Assembly: GCA_038060895.1 (NCBI GenBank)
Contig: JBBTCT010000020.1
Span: forward strand, 32,001-96,000
Reading direction: 5' to 3'
DNA: 64,000 bases
Origin: Planctomycetota bacterium
GTDB taxonomy: Bacteria; Planctomycetota; MHYJ01; WSZJ01
The position numbers were made by a program, and so were the translations under genes. Under the pieces are notes generated by a model. The model was not told the origin of the DNA and made no database searches. It saw nothing but the letters and a program-made list of their open reading frames with translations. This document shows, piece by piece, positions 1-8,923 of this stretch (within the stretch, counting starts at the first letter, position 1; the number at the start of each line of letters is the position of its first letter).

Positions 1-1
1 T

Positions 2-841
2 CGCGAACGCCACGCCCTCGATGCCGCCTCGACGCGTCATCGTCACGAGCGCTTCGCGGTTCAGCTCGGACCGGAGCGCGTCGAGCGACCCGGCCCGTTC
101 ACCCGGGGCGGCGGCCACGGCATCGGCCGCGTCGCCCCGCAGGTCCAGCGACATGGAGGAGAAGCGCCAGCCGACGACAATCTTCTCCCCCGCTTCATAA
201 ACGGCCAGGTCCGCGCGCCCGCCCAGGCGCCAGCCAAGGCGGACGTCTCGAATCTGGGACGCCGTAACGCTTCCGCCACGACGCTGGGCGGTTTCCATGA
301 AGCCGGCGCTCAGGCCGACGTTCAGGTTCTGCACGAACTCGAAGTTGTAGGTGAGGACGTCGCCGGCGCGGTAACCGAAGGCAAGTCCGTCGAGCGAAGG
401 CGCTGAATCTTTCGTCAGCGACTTCTCCAGATCTTCAATCGAATTTGCGATCGCCGGAATTGCGAAGGCGATTTCAGCGGGCGCGGCGGCAGGCTCGGGC
501 CGATTCCAGAGCCACACGGAGGCAACCAGCGTCGCCGCGATGGCAGCGCCGCCGAGAGCGAGTGCGGCGCGGAACCAGAAGCGTGTGTCAAAGGTGCGCG
601 GAACTTTCGGAAGGGGCGCGGGCGGCGGAACGACGGCGGCTGCGCGTTCCTTTTTGCGTTTCTGTTTCCGTTCCTGCCTGGAGGGCGAAGCGACCGGCTT
701 CACGGCCGGCGGCTCAACTTCCTCGAACGGGGCCGCTTCTTCGAGAACCGCCGTCCCGACGCTCTCCTCTTCGGAAACGCCGTCCCACGAAATAAGGGGG
801 AACGGGTCCGAGGGGTCCGGGCGGCGCTTCTTGCGGCTCAT
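2..841 (-). CDS. Membrane-anchored protein, 3' end truncated by the window edge; beta-rich domain reminiscent of the vitellogenin/MTP lipid-transfer N-terminal domain
   Basis: Not in the ORF track because it has no stop in the window. Manual translation from ATG 841 is open to the edge: MSRKKRRPDPSDPFP..., a charged/Pro-rich N-terminus, a TM segment (FWFRAALALGGAAIAATLVASVWLW), then GYRAGDVLTYNFEFVQNLNVG...LRSELNREALVTMTRRGGIEGVAF. The family assignment is pattern recognition only. Confidence 0.7.
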   Translation of the reverse strand, partial: MSRKKRRPDPSDPFPLISWDGVSEEESVGTAVLEEAAPFEEVEPPAVKPVASPSRQERKQKRKKERAAAVVPPPAPLPKVPRTFDTRFWFRAALALGGAAIAATLVASVWLWNRPEPAAAPAEIAFAIPAIANSIEDLEKSLTKDSAPSLDGLAFGYRAGDVLTYNFEFVQNLNVGLSAGFMETAQRRGGSVTASQIRDVRLGWRLGGRADLAVYEAGEKIVVGWRFSSMSLDLRGDAADAVAAAPGERAGSLDALRSELNREALVTMTRRGGIEGVAFA

Positions 842-852
842 GGGCGGGGGAA

Positions 853-900
853 AGAGCAAAGCGAGGGGAGGCTCATCGCCTCCCCCCGCGGGTTTGCTCT
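853..900 (-). terminator. Intergenic hairpin (terminator or mRNA stabiliser)
   Basis: AGAGCAAA...GGGGAGGC-loop-GCCTCCCC...TTTGCTCT inverted repeat directly after the 899 stop; on the minus strand the core stem is followed by TTTGCTCTTT. Confidence 0.55.
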
Positions 901-1663
901 AGAGCTCTCTCGTCCAGGCCCAGGTCTTGTCGTAGATGTAATCCTTGTAGAACGTCACGGGAGGCAGGGAGAACCCGAAGAACGACGCCGCGAAAGCCAG
1001 GTCGATGACCGAGCTGGCCTTCACGGATCCCATTGCGTAGAGGTAAGAGAAGTTCGCTTCCAGCTCGCCTTTCGGCTTCACCTCGATCACGGTCACCTTG
1101 ACGACCAGGCTGCCCGAGAAGATCGGGATCGAGATCCCGGCGCTGCCGGTTGCTTTCAGGTCGAAAGCGGCCGAGCCGTCCGCGCCCGCGCCCGTGGGCG
1201 TCAGGGCGAGGTTCATGCTGGCGTCCACGACCCACTTGCAGTCCGTCGAGACCGAGACCGGTGCGCCGAACACCATGAAGGTCGCCGACTTCTCGAACAC
1301 CGTCTTGGACTTCTTCCAGGACCACTTCCACGACTTCGACAACGACTTGTGGTAGACGACCGATCCCATGTAAGTCACGGTCGCTTCGGCCGAGCCGGAA
1401 CCGAGAGTCTGGGAAGCGGAGTACTCGGCGGTGAAGAGCGCGTAGCTGGTCCCCATAAAGATGCCGGTGGCAGCGAGGGACGCTTCGCAATCGGCGGACG
1501 TCGGGGTGTTTTCCATCCAGAAGCTGCCGGAGTAGGCGCCGCCGATGGTGTGGCCGCCGAAAGAACCGGCGAAGTCGTACTCGTAGGTCTTGGCGCTGGC
1601 CGTGCCGGCCGAAGCGAGGAGCAGAATCGCAGCGGCGAAGGTCGGGAAGAACCTGCGGGTCAT
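899..1663 (-). CDS. Secreted beta-strand-rich protein (254 aa)
   Basis: Signal peptide MTRRFFPTFAAAILLLASAGTASA, GGAGG-type RBS upstream, strong GC3 codon bias, alternating amphipathic beta pattern. Confidence 0.85.
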   Translation of the reverse strand: MTRRFFPTFAAAILLLASAGTASAKTYEYDFAGSFGGHTIGGAYSGSFWMENTPTSADCEASLAATGIFMGTSYALFTAEYSASQTLGSGSAEATVTYMGSVVYHKSLSKSWKWSWKKSKTVFEKSATFMVFGAPVSVSTDCKWVVDASMNLALTPTGAGADGSAAFDLKATGSAGISIPIFSGSLVVKVTVIEVKPKGELEANFSYLYAMGSVKASSVIDLAFAASFFGFSLPPVTFYKDYIYDKTWAWTREL

Positions 1664-1859
1664 GGGGCCTCCGGATTAGAGATGATGAGCGGATGGGGCA
1701 GTTGTCCCCACCCATCAGTGCGCAGGAGGCAGCGAATCCTCAGTGCTGTTGTGAGAATTGCGCATGGTGCATTTCTGAAAGGGTTTACGGCGGAATTGGC
1801 GCGTGCGGAAACTGTCAGAGTCCTTGAGGAGCAGCGGTCTCTTTCCGGGCGGTCTTGCA

Positions 1860-2290
1860 CGGTCGTCTCCGCTTCGAGCCAGCCTTTCCCTCGCCCCCCT
1901 GATCGCCTCGTGCAGCTTCCGTTGCAGCAACCTCCGCGGCAGCACCTTCGTCCAATAGGTCGCCACCCGAATCCGGCACTTCTCCAGCTCCAGCAGCTCG
2001 ACCGTCTCCTGCCGGGCGCCGGCGCACAGGATCAGGCCGATCGGCGGGTCTTCACCCTTTCGGCGTTCGTGCTTCTCGAGCCAGTTCAGTACGGATCGCG
2101 AAACGCGAGATCCGGTGTCATCCGGTCCTGCGCGCGCACAGTCGCCAGTTCGTGGCGGATCAGCGATCGCGGCTTTCTGGAGAGGGCCGTGCGCTCAAAG
2201 AGCATCCCGGCGATCTTCTGCCTGAGCATGCGGACACTCCATCTTTCGAGCCGGCACATCTCCGCATAAAAGGTCCGCTGGAGTTCATCC
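1860..2290 (-). pseudogene. Degraded YhcG/DUF1016 (PDDEXK nuclease) remnant with an internal deletion and frameshift
   Basis: The minus strand reads DELQRTFYAEMCRLERWSVRMLRQKIAGMLFERTALS...TPDLAFRDPY, then shifts frame at ~2090 into NWLEKHERRKGEDPPIGLILCAG...VELLELEKCRIRVATYWTKVLPRRLLQRKLHEAI. The nuclease core and the N-terminus are missing. Confidence 0.8.
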
Positions 2291-2518
2291 TGTCGGCATG
2301 ACGGCCTCCGTTGACGGGATCCAGCCGCCTCCTTCGTGGAGGCGGCAAGCCAGGAGGCCGGGCGCGTCTGCTCGAATGCTCGAAGTTGCGCTGCGCTTTG
2401 CGTTCGCCCGGCAGCACGTTCGATCCGGGATTCTTCGAAGAGGCCATGGCCGAGTCAATCCCTCCACGCACAAAATCGCCCGGGAGCAGCGCGCCAGATC
2501 ACCGCAACAATCTGCTCG

Positions 2519-3322
2519 TCAACGTCGACGTGACCCACGCACGAGCGCGCGCGCCCTCGTCGAGCGCCATCTCTTCCCCTTTCCAGCTGTGAGCCCAATG
2601 CGCCGGAAACGAGAAGTGGATCCATTGACTGCAAGCAGCGCCGCGAGAGGATCTGGGCCGGCCGCCGCCAGCTGGTGAAACGCTTCGAGGAATGACGCGA
2701 GGGTATTGAAAGGGTCGTAGATCCGCCGCCGGGAGGCTACGGCGGCACAAACCCGAAGCGTCTCGCGGGCGCTGGCCGGATCGCCGGTCGACATTGCCGC
2801 GACTTCTGCAAGCCGAAGGCTGAGCCATGTCGCCTTTGCCGTTACGAGATGGACCCACCGCTTCACGGCACGCGTGAATTCCCGTGTGGACACCCCAGCC
2901 CTCGGCAATTCCGCGTCCCATCGCGACGTGGCCGCGTTCCGAAACAGCGCGCTCTCCCGCCGGCCGAGATGCGCTTCCAGAAGGGGCAACTCCGAGACCG
3001 CAAGCTTCTTGAAGGCACGAAGCAGCGCGAGGCGGACGCTTCCGGCTCTGGCTCGCGTCCGGTACCACCTCGGGTCGGTGCGGTCCGTGACCCTCGGAAC
3101 GCGGACTGAAAGTACCGGCACGCGGTGACCCAGACTCTTTGCGGCTTTGCGGCAGATTCGAAGCGCGAATTTCTGCGTTCCCGCCGCGATGGCGCGCAGA
3201 CTCCGGCACAGGTCCGGCGCGAGCCATGCGTGTCCGGCCAGCGCACGGCCGAGGCCGGAGGAACCGCGCGCGGCGGCCAGGCGGGCCCATTCGCGATTCT
3301 CTCCCGACACATTCCTCTCCAT
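2519..3322 (-). CDS. Hypothetical protein, possibly degraded
   Basis: Long open frame downstream of the MFS gene with no recognisable motif and weaker codon bias; start uncertain. Confidence 0.3.
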   Translation of the reverse strand: MERNVSGENREWARLAAARGSSGLGRALAGHAWLAPDLCRSLRAIAAGTQKFALRICRKAAKSLGHRVPVLSVRVPRVTDRTDPRWYRTRARAGSVRLALLRAFKKLAVSELPLLEAHLGRRESALFRNAATSRWDAELPRAGVSTREFTRAVKRWVHLVTAKATWLSLRLAEVAAMSTGDPASARETLRVCAAVASRRRIYDPFNTLASFLEAFHQLAAAGPDPLAALLAVNGSTSRFRRIGLTAGKGKRWRSTRARALVRGSRRR

Positions 3323-3384
3323 CTCCGGTTCCGCGACGGGGCCTCCGGTCCGGCACTTCCTGACCTCTGCGACTCGGCGCGCCG

Positions 3385-4650
3385 TCATGAAGCGACGGCT
3401 CCCTTGCTCGCTTCCAGCCCCCGGAGCGCCTCGGCCGCCTCACGGCGCTTCACGCGCCCGTAGACCATCGTGATGAGGGGCGGAAGGGCCAGAGAAAGCG
3501 CGATCGCTGTGAAGACGACCTTGTCCATGCCGACGAGCGAGCGGTCGGGGGCTTCGCGGAGGAGAGAGGACGCGAGCCCGGCGCAGACGGAAGCGGAGAG
3601 GTGCTGCACGGCGGACTGGGCGGACATGAAGCTCGCGCGCTGGTGGGCGAGCGGGACGCGCGTGGAGAGGGAGTTCATGGGGACGTTTCGGAAGGACATG
3701 CCGAGCATGAACCAGACGAAGATGAGCATGACGGGAAGGGGGCCGACGTGGGCGTACCCGAACCAGAGAACGGCGACGAAGACGACGGTGCCGATCGTGG
3801 AAACAGGGGGCGGTCCGAAACGGTCGACGAGGCGGCCGATGGCGGGCATGGCGAGGAAGGAGAGTGCGCCGCCGGCCATGTAGAGCCAGCCGAGGTGGGC
3901 GCGGGGGTAGTGGTAGTTGAACTGCAGGAACGGCGAGATGTTCGGGATCACCATGAAGGCGGCGCCGTAGACGGTCGCGACGGCGGCGAGAGCGGCGAGC
4001 GCCGCGGGGTCGCGGAAGACGGAGAGCATGCCGGAGCCGGCGGGGCGCGGATGCGCAAGGTGGCCCTTCATCACGGGCATCAGGAACACCGCTCCGGCCG
4101 CGACCGCGAACCCCAGCGCCGCGACGCAGAAAAACGGCGCGCGCCAGTCGGCCAGGCGCGCGAGCTCGAGCCCGGCCGGCACGCCGATGACGCTCGCGAC
4201 CGAGAACGCCGCCATGACCGCACCCATGGCTCTTCCCCGCCGCGACGGCGGGATCACGTCCGCAATGATCGAGAGCGAGATCGACGTCGCCGGCCCGCCG
4301 AACGCCCCCGCCGCGATGCGCGCGGCCATGAGCGTCTTGAGGCCGATCGCAAACCCCCCGGCCGCCGTCCCGATCACCAGCCCCAGCATCGCGACCGCCA
4401 GCGCCTTCCGGCGGTCGAACCGGTCGAGAAACAGACTGCAGACGATTCCCGATACCGCGGCCGCCCCCGTATAGGCGCCGCCGATCCACCCGATGTGAGA
4501 ATTCGGAATGCCCAGCTTCACGCCGAAATCCGGCCCCAGCGGCATCACCATCATGAAGTCCAGGATGTTCACGAACTGCACCGCGCCGATGAGGAAGAGG
4601 ATGCTGCGCTCGGAGCGGGGGGGCGCGGGATGCTGGGGAAACTGAATCAC
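3385..4650 (-). CDS. MFS transporter
   Basis: About 12 hydrophobic segments; motif A copies (FLDRFDRRKAL, GRLVDRFG); N-terminal QFVNILDFMMVMPLGP. Confidence 0.95.
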   Translation of the reverse strand: MIQFPQHPAPPRSERSILFLIGAVQFVNILDFMMVMPLGPDFGVKLGIPNSHIGWIGGAYTGAAAVSGIVCSLFLDRFDRRKALAVAMLGLVIGTAAGGFAIGLKTLMAARIAAGAFGGPATSISLSIIADVIPPSRRGRAMGAVMAAFSVASVIGVPAGLELARLADWRAPFFCVAALGFAVAAGAVFLMPVMKGHLAHPRPAGSGMLSVFRDPAALAALAAVATVYGAAFMVIPNISPFLQFNYHYPRAHLGWLYMAGGALSFLAMPAIGRLVDRFGPPPVSTIGTVVFVAVLWFGYAHVGPLPVMLIFVWFMLGMSFRNVPMNSLSTRVPLAHQRASFMSAQSAVQHLSASVCAGLASSLLREAPDRSLVGMDKVVFTAIALSLALPPLITMVYGRVKRREAAEALRGLEASKGAVAS

Positions 4651-4737
4651 GGATTGCGCACGATACGACTCAGCGTTCCGGCGGCTTAAGATTTCTTCCG
4701 ACGGGTGCTTCCACCCGACCGGCGCCGCTCCCGCAGG

Positions 4738-7668
4738 TCACCGGCCCCCGAGCCGGACGGCCACCGCGGTCCGGACACCGAATCCGTTTCCCGGCCCGTT
4801 GATGACGCCGCCCTGGTGAAGCGTCGTGCGGCCGATCACGAAGGGGCGGTTCCACGAGCTGCCGCGGCGGCACCGCCACTTTCGGTACCCCTCGCCCGCG
4901 TCGCTCAGGCAGTAGCATGTGGCGTTTCCGCTGAGGCCCCGGATCCCCCAGGGGGACTCGTCCCACGGGAAGGAATCGACCGGCGCGGGGGCGGAAGCGT
5001 CCGGCTTCGACTGGTTCGAGCAGGACAGGGCGGCGAACCCGTGGTCCCCCCAGACGTAGCGCCGGAGCCCTGCGCCGCGCGCCGCGCGCTCCCAGAGGTA
5101 GCGCGAGGGAGTCGTGAAGAGCCACCCGGTTTTCCCGGAACGCCCGCGGACGAAGTGCTGCGCGTCCGTCCACGAGAGCCCCAGCACGGGCCATTCTTCT
5201 TCCCAATCCGCTCCGCAGTTCTCCAGCCGCGCCGCACGCGCCTGCTCCGAGTCCGGCGCCGCAGCCATCCATGCCGCAGTCGGCACCACCCAGCCCGAGG
5301 CGCTTCGCGGCCAGAACCACCCCGCCCGCTCCGCCGCGCGCGGCGCATGGTTCCGTGCTTCGCCCGGATCGCGCTTTTCGAGATCGTTCAGCCAGGCGGC
5401 GTACTCGCGGCACGTCACAGGGAAATGCGCGAGAAACGCATCCTCGACATCGGCCATGCGGCGCGGGGGGTCGAGCTGGCCGGTTTCGCTGATGCTCTGG
5501 AATCGTCCGCCGAGGACCGGAATGTGGCCGGGGGGGATTTCCTCGGGCGAGAAGAGAGTGGCTTCGACAACGCAATCTTCGCCGCGGCGGATTTCAAACG
5601 GCACGCGCTGGGGAAAACGGTCGGGCGCGACGACGATGAGGAGCCCCTCGCCACGCGGCCACGGCCGGCGTGCGACGGGCGTCCTCCCGAGGTACCACCC
5701 GGGGCCGCGAGGGCGGAACGGCGAACGACCGAAGAGCGCTTCCAGCACCGCCGTGGGAACCGGGGGACCGGGCGGCGCATTCTTCGGGGTCTCCGGTAGC
5801 AGGCGCCTGTGCTCCGACACGTAATGGAAGGCCCACACTTCCGCGCCGGCCACCTCCTGAGGCCGGCACGACGCCACGTGAACCCGCAGCCGCTTCGGCG
5901 CATCGCGCTCCAGCTCCGGAAGGCAATCCGTGTCGACGCCATCCAGCCGCCGGCCGGACCAGGGGTGATACCCCTCGACGGAAAGCTCGTGCGGGGCGAC
6001 GTCTCTCCCCTCGACGAGACAGCGGCATGGGTACGCCCGCGTCCGAAGCGAAATTGCCCCTTCGTCGCGCAGCCGCTCCGTGAACGCTCCGTCGTTGAAC
6101 GCCACGACGCGCCGGCGGGCAAGAATCTCGCCACGCCAGTCGTCGTGTTGCTCCGCGTCGAGGAAGCGCTCCCAGTGGACTTCCGCTTTGAGTACGCGCG
6201 CTTCGGCGTGGTCGGGAAGCAGCGACAGCGCTCCGTCGAACGCGTCGTCCGCGTCGGCCAGCGCCTGCACGCTCTCCAGTTCCAGCTGATTCGCGCGGTC
6301 CTCCAGCCCGAACGCCTCCGCGTGCGCCTCGACCGGCGCGCCCGGCGGCACCCGCCGCTCTTCGTCGTCCGCCTGCTTCTTCGCCGCCGCCGCGTCCGCC
6401 GACAGAGACTTCCACCGCGCCAGCGAGGCCTTGCCCTCGTTCATGCGCTCCGCCGCGAGCCGCTCGCGACGGTCGCGCTCCGTGGTGCCTTCCAGCCAGG
6501 CGTCCAGGTCGATCTGAAGCGCCCGCGCCGACGGATGCCGGTCCGTGGACTGGTACGCCATCGCCTTCAGGCAGATCGCCTCCAGGTCCGGCGGGCACGC
6601 GTTGAACTTCGACGGCGGGTCCAGCTTCCCATTGACCACCCGCGACACGACTTCCACCGCCGTCCCGCCATCGTGCGGCGGCCGACCGGTCAGGACTTCG
6701 TAGAGCGTCGCGCCGAGCGCGTAGACGTCGCTTCGCTCGTCGATTGCCGTCAGCCATCCCATCGCCTGCTCCGGCGGCATATACGCCGGCGTCCCGAGGA
6801 TGTCCCCTTCGAGCGTGAGGTTCGCGGTCTCCTCCTGCTTCGCGATCCGCCCAGGGCGAGCGGCTGCCGTGGAAGCGCGCCGGAGCTGGCTCGGGCGGTC
6901 CTCCTCGCCGAGAAGCCGCGCGAGCCCCCAGTCCACGACCAGCACTTCGCCGAAATCGCCCAGCATGATGTTCGCGGGCTTGAGATCCCGGTGCACCACT
7001 CCCTGCGAATGCGCGTACGCCACCGCCCGGCACGCGTCGCGGACGGCCTCCACGAGCTTCCGAAGCGGCCGGCCTTCCGCAATCGCCCACCCCAGGTCGC
7101 GCCCTACGATCTTCTTCATGCACAGGAACGATTCCTTCGTCGAAGGAAGCACCCCGACTTCGTGCACGGTGACGATGTTCGGGTGGTCGAAGCGCCCCGT
7201 GATGCGGGCTTCCCAGCGGAAACGCTCGAGCAGGTCCCCCGGGGCGTCTTCCAGCATGAGTTTCAGCGCGACCTTGCGACCAAGCTCGCGGTCCATTGCC
7301 TCGACCACGCGCCCGACCCCGCCGCGCCCGAGTTCCGCGCCGAGCTCGTACTTCTGGTCGTGCGCCTCCGCAGGCGCTTCCGGCGCCGCGGGTCGCGGAC
7401 GCCGGAGCGCGACCAGCGTCTCCCGCAGCGCCGGCGACATCGGCGCGACCGTGCTCGTCTGCGCGTGCTCCCACTCCGCGACCAGCGCCCCCAGCTCCGC
7501 CAGCTGCGCCTCCGTCAGGTACCGCGCTTCCACCAGCAGCTTCCCCACGTCCATCGAGGGCGTCGCCATCCACATCGCCGTCGCTTCCATAAGCCGTTCG
7601 CGGGAGAGCCAGCCGCGCTGGAACGCGAGCAGGGCGAGCAGCAGAGGGCCGGGCACGGGGGCGGACAT
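4738..7668 (-). CDS. Ser/Thr protein kinase with C-terminal FGE-sulfatase (SUMF1/C-type lectin fold) domain, paralog 1
   Basis: Kinase motifs GRGGVG, VALK, HRDLKPANI, DWG, GTPAYMPPEQ; C-terminal FPVTCREY, WERAARG, DESPWGIRGLSGN, RGSSW, GVR. Confidence 0.93.
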   Translation of the reverse strand: MSAPVPGPLLLALLAFQRGWLSRERLMEATAMWMATPSMDVGKLLVEARYLTEAQLAELGALVAEWEHAQTSTVAPMSPALRETLVALRRPRPAAPEAPAEAHDQKYELGAELGRGGVGRVVEAMDRELGRKVALKLMLEDAPGDLLERFRWEARITGRFDHPNIVTVHEVGVLPSTKESFLCMKKIVGRDLGWAIAEGRPLRKLVEAVRDACRAVAYAHSQGVVHRDLKPANIMLGDFGEVLVVDWGLARLLGEEDRPSQLRRASTAAARPGRIAKQEETANLTLEGDILGTPAYMPPEQAMGWLTAIDERSDVYALGATLYEVLTGRPPHDGGTAVEVVSRVVNGKLDPPSKFNACPPDLEAICLKAMAYQSTDRHPSARALQIDLDAWLEGTTERDRRERLAAERMNEGKASLARWKSLSADAAAAKKQADDEERRVPPGAPVEAHAEAFGLEDRANQLELESVQALADADDAFDGALSLLPDHAEARVLKAEVHWERFLDAEQHDDWRGEILARRRVVAFNDGAFTERLRDEGAISLRTRAYPCRCLVEGRDVAPHELSVEGYHPWSGRRLDGVDTDCLPELERDAPKRLRVHVASCRPQEVAGAEVWAFHYVSEHRRLLPETPKNAPPGPPVPTAVLEALFGRSPFRPRGPGWYLGRTPVARRPWPRGEGLLIVVAPDRFPQRVPFEIRRGEDCVVEATLFSPEEIPPGHIPVLGGRFQSISETGQLDPPRRMADVEDAFLAHFPVTCREYAAWLNDLEKRDPGEARNHAPRAAERAGWFWPRSASGWVVPTAAWMAAAPDSEQARAARLENCGADWEEEWPVLGLSWTDAQHFVRGRSGKTGWLFTTPSRYLWERAARGAGLRRYVWGDHGFAALSCSNQSKPDASAPAPVDSFPWDESPWGIRGLSGNATCYCLSDAGEGYRKWRCRRGSSWNRPFVIGRTTLHQGGVINGPGNGFGVRTAVAVRLGGR

Positions 7669-7686
7669 GGAGCGCGAATCGTGGCG
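7539..7686. repeat. Direct repeat copy A (5' end and upstream region of kinase paralog 1)
   Basis: GCTTCCCCACGTCCATC...GCCATCCACATCGCCGT...CAGCCGCGCTGGAACGCGA...ATCGTGGCG recurs at 10226-10324. Confidence 0.9.
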
Positions 7687-7744
7687 ATTTTGGGGGGGCG
7701 GGTCAAGCGGGGGTCGAGCGGCCTACGCCCTTGACCTGAACACT

Positions 7745-8923
7745 TCATGGCACTTGCCGTTTCCTCACGCCGAATCCCTTGGGACCCGCAAGCGCATCCA
7801 CGCCCTCGTCCCGGATCGGCCCCCCCTCCGTCCGAGCGAACAAGTCCGCCAACGACGTCGCATCGCCGACGTCCGTCGCCTCCTGCCCCCTGGAACGAAG
7901 CCACTCCGTCGCGACGACGCGGGGGAGCAGAGGGAAACGAACATGCGCGACGCAGCGCCCGGAACGGAGGAACGCAGGGTCGATCTGCTCGACTTCCTCG
8001 TTGAAAGTAATGAGGAAGAGATCTTCTCGCCCCTGTCCGAGCAGCCCATCCGTCATGTTGAGCAGCCGGCCGAGGACGTCCGATCCACTTTCGCCATGCC
8101 GGAACAGGAGCGAAGCCGAGTCTTCGAGGATGAAGAGCCTGCGCCGGGCCGGCGCTCTTTCGACACGCTCGTGCGCAAGCCCGTCGAGCACATCGTCGAT
8201 GTCCTCGAAGCCCGCGGACCTTTCCAGCGGATCGCTGGCCAGATCAAAGTAGTACTCCGGATGTTTCGCAAACTTCTCCGGGTCGGCGAGCACGGTCGGC
8301 ACGTACTGCGTCCGCCACGAACGCATCAGGGCACGCAGCGCAAAGGTCTTCCCCGTCCCGGTTGGCCCGTGCCAGACGATGAGCTGTCCGCGTTTCCGCG
8401 GATCGGGAAGCGCGAGAAGTGCGTCCACAGCGGCTCGGGTAGCGTCGGCGTAGTTTCCGCGGATCGCCTCCCATTCCGGGCAGCGCACAAACTGCGACAC
8501 GTTTCGAGTGCCGTACTCCTCCAGGACACAGAAGTCCGCCCAGACGCCGTCGGCGCGCTCCTCATTTTCTTTCGGCGACCTGGGCCCGAGGAGTCGAAGG
8601 ACCTCGTCGATCAGCGCCTGCACATCGTTCGAAGCGCTCAATCCCTCGATGTGCGCTCTTCCCCGGGCAAATTGGATTTCGACGACGTCTCCCCCGCGCT
8701 TTAGCGAAATCCTCCAGGTCTTCTCGCCGACGGAGAGGTCGAACCACTCGAACCCCTTGAGCAGGTCGACGACATCCTGCCAGGTCGCTGCAGGGTCGAA
8801 GCGGATGTCGCGGGTCGCGACGGATCGAGGCAGGAATTCTCCGAGTGACTCGCCGTACGTTCTGTGGCGAAAGTGTTCCTGCCACATCGCTGACGACAGG
8901 CTGAGACGGACATGGGGAGGCAT
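7745..8923 (-). CDS. AAA ATPase, DUF5925-like
   Basis: Walker A GPTGTGKT in GQLIVWHGPTGTGKTFALRALMRSW, Walker B LFILED, LGRLLNMTDGLLGQG, DPAFLRSGRC. Confidence 0.85.
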   Translation of the reverse strand: MPPHVRLSLSSAMWQEHFRHRTYGESLGEFLPRSVATRDIRFDPAATWQDVVDLLKGFEWFDLSVGEKTWRISLKRGGDVVEIQFARGRAHIEGLSASNDVQALIDEVLRLLGPRSPKENEERADGVWADFCVLEEYGTRNVSQFVRCPEWEAIRGNYADATRAAVDALLALPDPRKRGQLIVWHGPTGTGKTFALRALMRSWRTQYVPTVLADPEKFAKHPEYYFDLASDPLERSAGFEDIDDVLDGLAHERVERAPARRRLFILEDSASLLFRHGESGSDVLGRLLNMTDGLLGQGREDLFLITFNEEVEQIDPAFLRSGRCVAHVRFPLLPRVVATEWLRSRGQEATDVGDATSLADLFARTEGGPIRDEGVDALAGPKGFGVRKRQVP

